Below, one piece after another: positions 1 through 9,141 of a DNA stretch of 32,000 bases (position 1 is its first letter; each line of letters opens with the position of its first letter). The DNA is taken from assembly GCF_000341895.1 (NCBI RefSeq), contig NC_020409.1, positions 180,001 to 212,000 of the forward strand, read 5' to 3'. Under the pieces are notes generated by a model. That model made no database searches, was not told where the DNA came from, and was given only the letters and a program-made list of their open reading frames with translations. The position numbers and the translations under genes are program-made. Source of the stretch: Pseudodesulfovibrio piezophilus C1TLV30 (GTDB lineage Bacteria > Desulfobacterota > Desulfovibrionia > Desulfovibrionales > Desulfovibrionaceae).

Positions 1-339
1 AGTAAAGGGCTTCACTATATAGTTTGAGACCTTGGCCTGAACTGCCTCAATGATATTTTCCTGCTGAGCTTCTGCGGTGACCATCAAGAAGGGAATATCT
101 GCATATTCTTCGCTTGCTCGAACCTTGCGCAGAAGGTCAATGCCAGACATCGTAGGCATATTCCAATCAGAAACAATGAAGTCAATGTTATCTTTGTTGA
201 GAACTTCCCAAGCAGTGGAGCCGTCGTCAGCTTCGACTATATTGGTAAAACCAAGCTGGCGCAGAATGTTTTTCACGATCTTGCGCATAGTGGAAAAGTC
301 GTCGACAACAAGAACGCGCATGCTTTTATCATAGCTCAT
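1..339 (-). CDS. cheY: CheY-like single-domain chemotaxis response regulator; C-terminal end lies beyond the window edge
   Basis: The frame is open from the ATG at 339 to position 1 (113 codons). It is absent from the ORF track because there is no stop in the window. Translation MSYDKSMRVLVVDDFSTMRKIVKNILRQLGF...FIVSDWNMPTMSGIDLL...FLMVTAEAQQENII...YIVKPFT matches the textbook CheY receiver (DD pair, phospho-Asp in SDWNMP, T in VTAEA, K in VKPF). AAGGAG lies 7 nt upstream. Its position after fliA matches polar-flagellum clusters. Confidence 0.85.
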   Translation of the reverse strand, partial: MSYDKSMRVLVVDDFSTMRKIVKNILRQLGFTNIVEADDGSTAWEVLNKDNIDFIVSDWNMPTMSGIDLLRKVRASEEYADIPFLMVTAEAQQENIIEAVQAKVSNYIVKPFT

Positions 340-362
340 GGGGTGTCTCCTTTGTGCATAGC

Positions 363-1148
363 CTACTCGTTTTCGTAACGAGCTCTGAACGTTTTTCTCA
401 ATTTTATCAAGGCTTGGGAATGAAGTTGTGAAACACGGCCCTCTGTTATATCCATAACTTCCGCAGTTTCTTTCATATTCAATTCCTCGCCGTAGTATAA
501 AGATATGACCAATTTTTCCCTTGGCGTCAATTCCTCAATGAGATTGGCTACTTTGTCAACAATCTCTTGAAAAGCTGTTGATTGAAATGGTTCATCGTCA
601 GTCATGCTTTTCCGGCTGACCATGTTCTCATGGAACGTATCAAGACTCAGGCACATCTGGTTGTGCAGAGCCTCCAGACCTTGCTGTACTTCCTTTTCAG
701 ACATCCCTGTATGGGCTTGTAATTGTTCTGAAGTAGCTGGAAAACCCGTGTCGTGTTCGATGTGCCGCTGAGCATCCTCCAGAACTTTGACTTTTTGCCT
801 CAGACCTCGTGAGAACCAATCCATGCGGCGCAATTCATCAAGCATTGCCCCTTTTATTCGATTTTCCGAATAGGTGTCGAACTTGATACCCAGTTCGGGG
901 TTGAATTTTCCCAAAGCGTCAAGCAACCCAAGGCTCCCTGCGCTGATGAGTTCGTTAAGCTCAACACTTTGTGGCAGTTTCGCCTTGAGGCGCAGGGCGA
1001 GTATGCGGATTTTGGGCGCGTAGAAGCGGACGATATTCTCCCGGTCTCTTGGGGAGAAATCGTCCCAACGCTTGGCGCCCTGCTCCAGTTCACGCCACGG
1101 ATCGTTCTTGGAAGAGGAGTTTCTTCCAGAAGAATTTAATATTGCCAT
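363..1148 (-). CDS. fliA: Flagellar sigma factor FliA (sigma-28)
   Basis: 261-aa ORF. Sigma-70-family region 2 (LISAGSLGLLDALGKFNPELGIKFDTY...RIKGAMLDELR) and a region 4 helix-turn-helix (LVISLYYGEELNMKETAEVMDITEGRVSQLHSQALIKLR) are recognisable. It sits directly after flhF-flhG. There is no obvious SD, and the start overlaps the flhG 3' end by 59 nt. Confidence 0.9.
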   Translation of the reverse strand: MAILNSSGRNSSSKNDPWRELEQGAKRWDDFSPRDRENIVRFYAPKIRILALRLKAKLPQSVELNELISAGSLGLLDALGKFNPELGIKFDTYSENRIKGAMLDELRRMDWFSRGLRQKVKVLEDAQRHIEHDTGFPATSEQLQAHTGMSEKEVQQGLEALHNQMCLSLDTFHENMVSRKSMTDDEPFQSTAFQEIVDKVANLIEELTPREKLVISLYYGEELNMKETAEVMDITEGRVSQLHSQALIKLRKTFRARYENE

Positions 1149-1917
1149 CAGTATTAGGTTTTACTTGCCATGCGTTAAGTTTCTGCGCGGTTTGACGTAC
1201 CGCAGTACTAGCCGGTGTTCTGGGAAATTTGTGACAAAATGGAGTTTGTGCAATGACCGAGTTACGGACGTTTGGATCGAAAGGAATGAATCCGACAAGA
1301 TCAAGAGAAATACCGTCAAGAAAATGATCACATGCATTGAGCAGTTTGATGTAAACGTCTTTCGCTGTTTTCTTGTCTTTAACCATATTGACCAAAACAC
1401 GGAACCTTTCGACCCCATGTTGGAGTTTGAGCACCTTTATGAGGGCATAAGCATCTGTCAATGAAGTCGGCTCAGGAGTAATGACCAGTAGACGCTCCTG
1501 AACTGCCAGATTAAAATAGAGGACATTGTCATTGATGCCTGCTCCCGTGTCTACAATGAGGTAATCAACACTCTCTTCAAGCGTGTCCATGGCATCAAGC
1601 AGGTCAATTTTTTGTCCCTTGTCCAAGTCTACCATATCACTGACGCCTGAGGAAGCAGGAAGAATGCTGAATCCATAGGGTGTCTGGTGTAATATCTTTT
1701 CCAGTGTCATATCCTCGTGGAAGAGATGGAAAAGGTTATGCTCCGGTGCAAGGCCCAGAATGACGTCGACATTCGCCAAGCCGAGATCGGCATCAAGCAA
1801 GACTACGTTTTTTCCAGCTGCGCTGAGAGAGTAAGCCAGGTTGACTGACATATTGGTTTTTCCCACCCCACCTTTGCCTGAGGTGACGGAAAGAACCATG
1901 GGGAAGTTGGAAGTCAT
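1090..1917 (-). CDS. flhG: Flagellar number/placement regulator FlhG (MinD/ParA-type ATPase, also called FleN/YlxH)
   Basis: Deviant Walker A SGKGGVGKT. MinD-like body. C-terminal amphipathic helix KFFWKKLLF. The ORF track gives a start at 1986. I prefer the ATG at 1917 (MTSNFPMVLSVTSGKGGVGKT), which avoids overlapping flhF and has AAGGAG about 13 nt upstream. The start is uncertain. Confidence 0.85.
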   Translation of the reverse strand: MTSNFPMVLSVTSGKGGVGKTNMSVNLAYSLSAAGKNVVLLDADLGLANVDVILGLAPEHNLFHLFHEDMTLEKILHQTPYGFSILPASSGVSDMVDLDKGQKIDLLDAMDTLEESVDYLIVDTGAGINDNVLYFNLAVQERLLVITPEPTSLTDAYALIKVLKLQHGVERFRVLVNMVKDKKTAKDVYIKLLNACDHFLDGISLDLVGFIPFDPNVRNSVIAQTPFCHKFPRTPASTAVRQTAQKLNAWQVKPNTDGNIKFFWKKLLFQERSVA

Positions 1918-1934
1918 GGCGTAATCGTATCTCC

Positions 1935-3020
1935 TTAAGGTTGAATGTCGCCGTTGGGCAATTTTCGCATGAACAGCAAACGCCATATCATTTCTTTGGT
2001 GGCAGGCGCTATGCTGTTTTTGAGTCCGGAACCGTACGAAAGAGTGGAAACCGGCAGCCCAGAGGCGAACGCCATGTTCAAGAGTGCACCAAATGTACAG
2101 GCTTCATCGAGTTTCGTCCAGATAACGCTTGCAAGTTGTTCACTTTTGTACTTTTCCATGAATCGTTCGAATTGTCTCGGACTATAAAATGGGTTGAGGA
2201 CAAGATGAATCGCCAAGTCATCGCAGCCTGCCAAGCCGTAAAGGGCTGTCCATTCAGCAAGATTCGTGCGGTTCGGGAGTCCTGGCAAGTCTATCAATAT
2301 CGTATCGAATTGGTGTGCTTCTTTTTGGAGAAGGTGAAAATCATCGCGCGTAATGATTTCTCTGAATGCCAATCCAGAAAGCTCTGCATAGTGTTTGAGC
2401 ACCAAGCGCCCCTTGCCTCGACCTCCGTCAGCCGTGACAAGACAGATGCGCGCTCGAGGATTCTGTTTTTTTTCTTTGAGCGCCAATCGGACGAGTGTGG
2501 ATGTCTTTCCTGAACCTCCAGGTCCTGCGAAAGCTTGAAACTTTGTTGGTGATTGGACGGCGTCAAATTTTTGTGTAGTGATCATAGTCTCAAGAGCATG
2601 CACTATGGAGCGGGTTTTGTCTTCCCGAAGTGAACAAAATATATGAGTTAAAACAGTCTCATTGACTTCTTCCCGTTCAAGATACTCTACTGCAAGCTTT
2701 TGTTTCGGCGAGAGAAGGTCCAAATCCATCTGGGGCTTCATCAGTTGCATTATTTGCCCTTTGATCTGACTCCATTCTCGTTGCCAGCTTGTGCCGTGCT
2801 GCAGGGCGCTTTCAACGTAGTCCTCTTTTGTTTGGCGTTGGGGTTTGCCCCCCCCGAGAGAGACTGGAGACGAATCCACAGCCGCAACTATTTCACAGGA
2901 TTTAACCCCTTTTTCCGTGATCGTTTTGTTGGAAAGGATAACGGCATCCTCTCCCAGTTCGGCCTTGACCTTGGCAAATGCAGCCGTCGATGTAGCGGCT
3001 TTGAATGTCATCATTCTCAT
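1935..3020 (-). CDS. flhF: Flagellar biosynthesis SRP-type GTPase FlhF
   Basis: 361 aa. G1 GPGGSGKTST, G3 DLPG and G4 TKLDE motifs. Located between flhA and flhG. Confidence 0.9.
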   Translation of the reverse strand: MRMMTFKAATSTAAFAKVKAELGEDAVILSNKTITEKGVKSCEIVAAVDSSPVSLGGGKPQRQTKEDYVESALQHGTSWQREWSQIKGQIMQLMKPQMDLDLLSPKQKLAVEYLEREEVNETVLTHIFCSLREDKTRSIVHALETMITTQKFDAVQSPTKFQAFAGPGGSGKTSTLVRLALKEKKQNPRARICLVTADGGRGKGRLVLKHYAELSGLAFREIITRDDFHLLQKEAHQFDTILIDLPGLPNRTNLAEWTALYGLAGCDDLAIHLVLNPFYSPRQFERFMEKYKSEQLASVIWTKLDEACTFGALLNMAFASGLPVSTLSYGSGLKNSIAPATKEMIWRLLFMRKLPNGDIQP

Positions 3021-3029
3021 TGGCTTATC

Positions 3030-5132
3030 CTATAGTTCAACTGTCGCTGCTGCTTGTATTTTTATATCTGCCGGTATTTCTGCCTGTGAAATGACAGGCA
3101 GAGTCGGGATGAATCGAGTCAGAAGTTGAGCAAATTGATTTCGTATTTGCGGTGTAACCAAAAGGACGGGTTGGCCATCGGCCACCATGGCGTCTTCGGT
3201 TGCTTTGTTAATAGCCTGAATTATTTGCTGTGCTGTTCCGGGTTCGAGAGCCAGGTATCCCCCCTGTTCGGCCGGGCGCATAGCAGTACTGAGTATTTCA
3301 TCTATTTGTGGACTCAGAGTGATAATAGGAAGCACTCCTTCCTCTCCAAGGTACGGTTTGACGATGGTACGGCTCATCTTGGCTCGAACGAATTCAGTCA
3401 ACTGTGCAGGTTCTTGCGTGGCAACACCGTAATCCGCGAGAGTTTCAACTATGGTCAGCAGATCTCGAATAGAAACATTTTCTTGAACCAGAGCTTGCAA
3501 CACTTTTTGCACTCCTCCGACACTCAGCACTGAGGGGACGAGGCTTTCAACGGCCTTCGGTGCACGCTTCGCCAGATTGTCGAGTAATTCCTGTGTTTCC
3601 TGACGTCCGAGGAATTCATGCAGGTTTCGGCGGAAAACTTCTGTTATGTGTGTGGCAATAACAGTGGATGGGTCAACGACTGTATAGCCAGCCAGCATTG
3701 CTTCCTCTTTTTGGGCTTCAGGAATCCAGATTGCAGGAAGGTTGAAAGCCGGCTCCACTGTATCCACTCCTTGAATTCGATGCTTCGCATCACCCGGATC
3801 CATTGCCAGGTAATGATCAATGAGGAGTTCTGCCTGAGCGACCGGGTTTCCTTTGATGACAACGCGGTATTCGCCTGGTTTGAGTTGCAAATTGTCGCGG
3901 AGATGAAGAGAGGGAATAACGACACCCATATCAAGGGCAAATTGCCGTCTGATAGAACGAATTCGAGACAAAAGATTGCCACTTTGTTCTTCATCAACCA
4001 ATGGAATAAGGCCATACCCCACTTCCAATTCGAGTTGGTCGAGTGGTAACAAGGCCTGGACTTCTTCTGGTGTATCAAGGGTAGATGCTTCATTGGCCTT
4101 TTCCTGCTCTGCTTCGGTTGCCTCAAGTCCCTGGAAGTTTTTAGAGGAAAGATGCCCAACACCGAAGATGATAGCGGAAAGAAGCATGAATGGGAGTGTC
4201 GGCATTCCTGGAACTATGGCAAAGATTAAAAGTATCCCTGAAACAAGCTTGAGCGCGCGATAATGGAAGGATAACTGTCCAATGAATTCCTCACCCATTT
4301 TGGCTTCAGCGGCAGCTCGTGAAACAATGATACCAGCCGAAGTCGATATGATAAGGGAGGGGATGGTGGCTACCAAGCCATCACCAATGGTCAGCAGGGT
4401 GTACGTTTGCGCTGCATCCATCCATGGCATGTCCTTTTGGATGACTCCAATAAGAAACCCGCCAATAATATTGATGCAGGTAATCATGAAACCGGCGTTA
4501 ACGTCTCCAGAAACAAATTTGCCGGCTCCATCCATGGCTCCGTAGAAGTCTGCCTCACGACGCATCAGACTGCGTTGCTCGGTGGCTTCTTCTTCCGTTA
4601 TCAATCCGGCATTGAGGTCAGCTTCAACTGCCATCTGCTTACCGGGCATGGCATCCAGGGTAAAACGGGCTGCAACTTCTGCGATTCGGGTGGTACCTGT
4701 GACAATAACTTTTTTATTCAAAAGGAAGAGGATCAAAAAAATGACAATTCCCACAACGTAATTACCACCAACGACAAATTCTCCAAAGCTTTTGATGACG
4801 GAACCTGCAGCGTCAGTTCCTTCGTCTCCATGAAGGAGGATTGCTCTTGTTGTCGCAACATTGAGAGCAAGGCGAAGCAGTGTGGTGACGAGGAGCAAGG
4901 TAGGAAAAATTGAAAACTCAAGAGGGGAGGTCATGAACATAGAGGTTACCAGAACAACCAATCCGAGTGAGATGCTCACTGTCAGCATGAAATCAATGAA
5001 AAATGTGGGGAGGGGGATAAGCATCACGAAAAGGATGGTCACCACTCCACCAGCGAGGAGAACGTCGCCCTGCTTGGCGAATTTTTGATAATCTATCCTG
5101 GGTGCGACAGGAGTACTTGGAGACTGAGCCAT
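3030..5132 (-). CDS. flhA: Flagellar type III export gate protein FlhA
   Basis: 700 aa. N-terminal polytopic membrane domain with conserved GDGLVATIPSLIISTSAGIIVSR. Large cytoplasmic C-terminal domain. Classical FlhA length and architecture. Confidence 0.97.
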   Translation of the reverse strand: MAQSPSTPVAPRIDYQKFAKQGDVLLAGGVVTILFVMLIPLPTFFIDFMLTVSISLGLVVLVTSMFMTSPLEFSIFPTLLLVTTLLRLALNVATTRAILLHGDEGTDAAGSVIKSFGEFVVGGNYVVGIVIFLILFLLNKKVIVTGTTRIAEVAARFTLDAMPGKQMAVEADLNAGLITEEEATEQRSLMRREADFYGAMDGAGKFVSGDVNAGFMITCINIIGGFLIGVIQKDMPWMDAAQTYTLLTIGDGLVATIPSLIISTSAGIIVSRAAAEAKMGEEFIGQLSFHYRALKLVSGILLIFAIVPGMPTLPFMLLSAIIFGVGHLSSKNFQGLEATEAEQEKANEASTLDTPEEVQALLPLDQLELEVGYGLIPLVDEEQSGNLLSRIRSIRRQFALDMGVVIPSLHLRDNLQLKPGEYRVVIKGNPVAQAELLIDHYLAMDPGDAKHRIQGVDTVEPAFNLPAIWIPEAQKEEAMLAGYTVVDPSTVIATHITEVFRRNLHEFLGRQETQELLDNLAKRAPKAVESLVPSVLSVGGVQKVLQALVQENVSIRDLLTIVETLADYGVATQEPAQLTEFVRAKMSRTIVKPYLGEEGVLPIITLSPQIDEILSTAMRPAEQGGYLALEPGTAQQIIQAINKATEDAMVADGQPVLLVTPQIRNQFAQLLTRFIPTLPVISQAEIPADIKIQAAATVEL

Positions 5133-5195
5133 GTTTTTGACACCTCGCGGGCAGCTTTTTGGAGTTTGCCTGGAGGAAAGATGACTCTGTAACCT

Positions 5196-6260
5196 CTAGC
5201 GTTTTCTGAACTTATCCAGTTTTGCTAGGATGGCGGCAACAGCTTGAAATAATTCCTCCGGGATAGTTTCCCCGATTTCAACCTGTTTATACAAAGCTCG
5301 TGCCAAGGGAGGGTTGGCTTCAATGGGCACGTTGTTTTCTCGTGCAACTTCCTTGATCCTTTCAGCAACACGGTTCACCCCTTTGGCAAGAATTAAAGGA
5401 GCCGGTGCAACCATGACATCATATTGAATGGCAACTGCGTAGTGGGTCGGGTTGGTTATGACGACATCGGCTTTGGGTATGTCTTGAAACATCCGACTGA
5501 CCATCATTTCCATCATTTTTTGTTTTTGTTTTTGTTTGACCCTGGGGTCACCTTCAGCTTGTTTTCGTTCATCCTTGATTTCATCCTTGGACATTTTAAG
5601 CTGCTCTTCATAATCCCAGCGGGTATACCAAAGATCCACAAGGGCGATGAGCATCATGGGAACCAGGGCATAACAGGCCATTTTGTAACCAACAGACAGG
5701 AGGTATGCGATTATGCCATGAGTGTTCGCATAAAAAAGGGGAAGGAGATTGGGAAGTTCCTGTTGGATGACAATGTAGGGTGCAAGCCCCACTGCAAATG
5801 CTTGCAGGATACTTTTGCCCAGGTTGATGAATGTTTTTGGGCTGATAAAAAGTTTTTGTAATGCGCCCAGTATGTTGAACATCTTTCCAAATTTGGGTTT
5901 CATTGTCTTTGTAGACCAGAGTTGTCCGACCTGAAGGCGCATCGTTGTGTAGGAGACGACAACGAGAGTCAGGAGAAAAGGAAGAACCAGGAGTGCCATT
6001 TTTTTTACACTCCAAGTAAAGAGAGCATATGCAGTGGCTTTGTTTAACGTGATATTGACGCCTTCACGGAAGGTCCACTCATAGATTTCGGTGAACTGAT
6101 CGTGGTAAAATCCGATCATAAAGCGAAGTGCCAAAACTCCTGCCAAAAGAACAATGGCCTTTGAAAACTCGGCGCTTTTAGGAACATTACCTTCTTCTCG
6201 TTGTTTATCTCGCCGTTTTTTTGTGGCTTTTTCTGTTTTACTTGGGTCTTGTTGTGCCAT
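5196..6260 (-). CDS. flhB: Flagellar export switch protein FlhB
   Basis: 354 aa. Basic N-terminus, 4 TM segments, and the autocleavage motif NPTH (VVITNPTHYAVAIQY). Confidence 0.95.
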   Translation of the reverse strand: MAQQDPSKTEKATKKRRDKQREEGNVPKSAEFSKAIVLLAGVLALRFMIGFYHDQFTEIYEWTFREGVNITLNKATAYALFTWSVKKMALLVLPFLLTLVVVSYTTMRLQVGQLWSTKTMKPKFGKMFNILGALQKLFISPKTFINLGKSILQAFAVGLAPYIVIQQELPNLLPLFYANTHGIIAYLLSVGYKMACYALVPMMLIALVDLWYTRWDYEEQLKMSKDEIKDERKQAEGDPRVKQKQKQKMMEMMVSRMFQDIPKADVVITNPTHYAVAIQYDVMVAPAPLILAKGVNRVAERIKEVARENNVPIEANPPLARALYKQVEIGETIPEELFQAVAAILAKLDKFRKR

Positions 6261-6268
6261 GGTTCAGC

Positions 6269-7060
6269 CTATGGAAGTTCTGGTGCGGCCAATTTCATTA
6301 CGCCACGATAAATTGGCTCCAACTGGTGCAGGAAGTCTCCAACGTAAACAGACATGAGGCTGAAAAGAAATCCAAGAAAGAAAAACCCTATACTGATTTT
6401 GATAGGGAAACCAAGAACAAGAACATGCATTTGGGGAGCAGCTCTCGATATGAGGGCAAGTGAAAGATCTATAAGGAAAAGAGCAGCCATAACAGGTGCG
6501 GCTATCCGTATGGCGAGGACAAACATCAAGTTGGAAAATTCAAATATATGATTTGCCAAACCTGGAGTTATCAAGAGTCCTCCCGGTGGGATATATTCAA
6601 AACTCATGCCAACCGCTTTGATAAGAAGCAGGTGTCCATTGAGCACCAAAAAAGTGAGCATGGTGCACATGTAAAGGAAGTGCGCAGTGACGGCATTGCT
6701 GACACCGGTGATGGGGTCAACAACGTTTACCATGGCAAAACCCATCTGAAATCCGATTATCTGGCCACCCAACTGAACCGCTGCGAAAAGAAAATTGACG
6801 AGAAGGCCGAGGATGAGTCCAAGAATAATTTCGCCAAGGATCATGATGGTTATATCGACAATGCTTTTAGGAAACAGTGTGCCAGGGAATGACAATTGAG
6901 GCCAAAGGGCTATGGAGAGGACAAGAACAAGCGTTGCTTTGAGTAACGTCGGAATTGAGTTTCCTCCAAAAAAAGGAAGTAGAAATAAAACAATACTGAG
7001 CCTGAAAACAGTCAGGAAAAAACTGAGCAAGTCGCTCGGATTGAATCCGAAGATGTCCAT
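6269..7060 (-). CDS. fliR: Flagellar export gate protein FliR
   Basis: Polytopic membrane protein of about 263 aa starting MDIFGFNPSDLLSFFL. The stop is 8 nt before the flhB start. The ORF-track start at 7246 would add 62 non-membrane residues that read through a terminator hairpin. The ATG at 7060 has GAGGA upstream. Confidence 0.9.
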   Translation of the reverse strand: MDIFGFNPSDLLSFFLTVFRLSIVLFLLPFFGGNSIPTLLKATLVLVLSIALWPQLSFPGTLFPKSIVDITIMILGEIILGLILGLLVNFLFAAVQLGGQIIGFQMGFAMVNVVDPITGVSNAVTAHFLYMCTMLTFLVLNGHLLLIKAVGMSFEYIPPGGLLITPGLANHIFEFSNLMFVLAIRIAAPVMAALFLIDLSLALISRAAPQMHVLVLGFPIKISIGFFFLGFLFSLMSVYVGDFLHQLEPIYRGVMKLAAPELP

Positions 7061-7115
7061 TCCATGTCCTCTATAAAAACTTCGAAATACTTTTTGTATT
7101 ACTCGTAATATTCTT

Positions 7116-7131
7116 TGCAATACTCGTGCAA
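7116..7131 (-). promoter_or_regulatory. Possible sigma-54 (-24/-12) promoter for the fliR-flhB-flhA operon
   Basis: The minus strand reads TTGCACGAGTATTGCA, against the consensus TGGCACG-N4-TTGCA. Spacing is correct and 11 of the 12 specified consensus positions match, but the normally conserved GG is TG. It lies about 55 nt upstream of the fliR ATG. Confidence 0.3.
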
Positions 7132-7183
7132 TTTCAGATCTCAAAAGAAGGAAGAGAGTGATTTCTGTTCGTTTTCCATAACG

Positions 7184-7228
7184 AGAAAAAAAGAAAGAGC
7201 CCCCCTGGAAGTCCTGTTCCAAGAGGGC
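7184..7228 (-). terminator. Rho-independent terminator after the M23 peptidase gene
   Basis: On the minus-strand RNA there is a 12-bp stem (7217-7228 with 7199-7210, two G-U pairs) and a 6-nt loop, followed by TCTTTCTTTTTTTCT. The same stem has C-A mismatches on the plus strand, so the structure is strand-specific. Confidence 0.55.
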
Positions 7229-7254
7229 ATATTGGTGACATTTCAAACTTCTGA

Positions 7255-8160
7255 TCAGTTCAGAATGTATCGTTTCGGATTGACAGGGACACCATTCAGG
7301 CGAACCTCGTAGTGGAGGTGAGGACCTGTGCTGCGCCCTGTACTTCCTACATATCCGATAAGCTCTCCTCGAGTCACTATCTTGCCACTTTTTACTGCAA
7401 TACGATGGAGGTGGGCAAATCTTGTCGATAGGCTAGCATTGTGTTTCAGCCGAATGCTCAATCCGTATGACCCGTCACGCCCGGTAAAGGTTATAGTTCC
7501 CCGAGCGGGGGCGTAGATAGGGGTGCCGCGAGGAGCTGAGATATCAATACCCTTGTGAAATTCCCTTTTCCCGGTGAATGGAGAAGTACGCCATGCAAAA
7601 CCAGATGTAACCCAGCCAGATGTTGGCCAGATGGAAGGCGTCGCCTCCAATATATTCTGATTATTGCGTAATGTGTGCATGATTTCCTGTTGTCGAACTT
7701 CCTCAAGACGAGCTTCGACATTGAGTTGGCTCAGGAATTCATGCATTTTGCGGGCTAATAATTCTTGACGGTACAGCGGAAGGTATCCCTTCGAGAAGTT
7801 TTCATTTGTGGGACCTCCCTTAGAAACCGCTGCCTGACTGCCATCTTGATCCAAGTTGATCATGACACGGAGTTTAGAATCGAAATCCCTTATACGGCCG
7901 AGGTTTTTCTGAAGTGAAGAAATTTTTTGGGAAAGGCTCAGAAGCTGTGTTTTCTGTTCCTGGACGGTTTTCTCTGCCAAGTTCAGCCCTTTTTCAAGCC
8001 GGGAGTGCGTTGCGTATTTATTCCATAATAGGACATTGCCTGCCGTAAGGCCGACCATCACTATAAAAAGGGCGGCTATAAGCCAGCCACGCAGTTGGAA
8101 TTTCTTGCAGGAACCCTGTTTATCTTTGAAGACAACTATATGATATTTTCTGAAAAGCAT
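7255..8160 (-). CDS. Membrane-anchored M23 (LytM-domain) peptidoglycan metalloendopeptidase with a coiled-coil linker
   Basis: 301 aa. N-terminal TM (LIAALFIVMVGLTAGNVLLW). Coiled-coil-like middle region. C-terminal M23 zinc motifs HKGIDISA (HxxxD) and GPHLHYEV (HxH). Confidence 0.85.
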   Translation of the reverse strand: MLFRKYHIVVFKDKQGSCKKFQLRGWLIAALFIVMVGLTAGNVLLWNKYATHSRLEKGLNLAEKTVQEQKTQLLSLSQKISSLQKNLGRIRDFDSKLRVMINLDQDGSQAAVSKGGPTNENFSKGYLPLYRQELLARKMHEFLSQLNVEARLEEVRQQEIMHTLRNNQNILEATPSIWPTSGWVTSGFAWRTSPFTGKREFHKGIDISAPRGTPIYAPARGTITFTGRDGSYGLSIRLKHNASLSTRFAHLHRIAVKSGKIVTRGELIGYVGSTGRSTGPHLHYEVRLNGVPVNPKRYILN

Positions 8161-8220
8161 CGCCTTTCCAGTTCCTTATATGTTTTATGTGTGTCGAATG
8201 TAATTAGAATCAAAAATAGT

Positions 8221-8970
8221 CTAGACTTTTTTACTTGTCAAGTCAACCTGTTGGCGGGTTATGGCATTGAAGATATTGTTTTTTATTCTTTTGTCATGCT
8301 TCCACGTCTGTCGCAACCATGTGTGAACTTCATCTCTTTTGGTGTAACCGTTGGAAGGGCACGTGTTTTCCCACACCGGGAGTTGCCATTGTTTTGCTGC
8401 TTTGATGACGGTTTTTTTATCAAGAAGCATGGTCGGTCGGATAACATTGAGCTTGCCATCAAAAAAAGGTTCATTGACTGCCATCCCGTCAGCTCGACCA
8501 TTTTGCAGGATGTTCATGAAAAAGGTGACGACGTTGTCATCGGCGTTGTGTCCGAAGGCAAGATGGGTCAAGCCATAGTCTCTACAGAGTTCAAAGAGTC
8601 GTTTTCGTCTAAGCATGCTACAGTAAAAACATGGTGAGTTCCTTCTGTTTTCCTCTGTGTGTGCTCTAGGGCCATAGTTTGTCAATTCGACATGTGCTGC
8701 AATGCCGTGGTCTGCACACCAGTCAACAAGCGGAGTATGTGATGTGATATCGAAGCCAGCGTTTATATGCAGAGCCATAAGCTCCACAGGGAAGGGCATG
8801 ATTGCTTTTCTGATACTCAACACCTTGAGCATGAGAAAACTGTCCACGCCACCGGATGCCGCGATGCCGATTCGGGCACCAGGAGAAACCATGTCAGTTT
8901 GTTGCATGAGTTTTCCCGTTGCCGAGACGCATTTCTTTTGCGCGAATGTCAGTTTTCCCCAAGATGCCAT
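8221..8970 (-). CDS. PP-loop ATPase, TtcA-family tRNA thiolation enzyme
   Basis: PP-loop SGGVDS, and CFYCSMLRRKRL resembling the TtcA CxxC-SRLRRG block. The ORF track uses a TTG at 9048. The ATG at 8970 (MASWGKL) has GGAG about 8 nt upstream. The start is uncertain. Confidence 0.7.
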   Translation of the reverse strand: MASWGKLTFAQKKCVSATGKLMQQTDMVSPGARIGIAASGGVDSFLMLKVLSIRKAIMPFPVELMALHINAGFDITSHTPLVDWCADHGIAAHVELTNYGPRAHTEENRRNSPCFYCSMLRRKRLFELCRDYGLTHLAFGHNADDNVVTFFMNILQNGRADGMAVNEPFFDGKLNVIRPTMLLDKKTVIKAAKQWQLPVWENTCPSNGYTKRDEVHTWLRQTWKHDKRIKNNIFNAITRQQVDLTSKKV

Positions 8971-9141
8971 CTCTTTTTCTCCTGCCTGTTTTTTGCTATA
9001 CGGTGCATATCTGTTGGGGCTGATAGATGATTCTTGCTTGACTTGCAAGTCTGGTTGAGGCAGTCTTTTTTGCTTCCCTGTTAAGCGTGGCGCAAGTCTG
9101 TCAAAATCACCGTTGGCTTTCCCTTTTGGAGGGATGTCTTT

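Noticed and set aside
1941-2513. 190-aa plus-strand ORF antisense to flhF
   Set aside because: Shadow ORF within a gene that has clear GTPase motifs. It has no RBS and no recognisable domain.
7061-7246. 62-residue N-terminal extension of fliR suggested by the ORF track
   Set aside because: The extension would read through the terminator hairpin and T-tract of the upstream gene. It is not membrane-like, whereas the ATG at 7060 gives a canonical FliR N-terminus.
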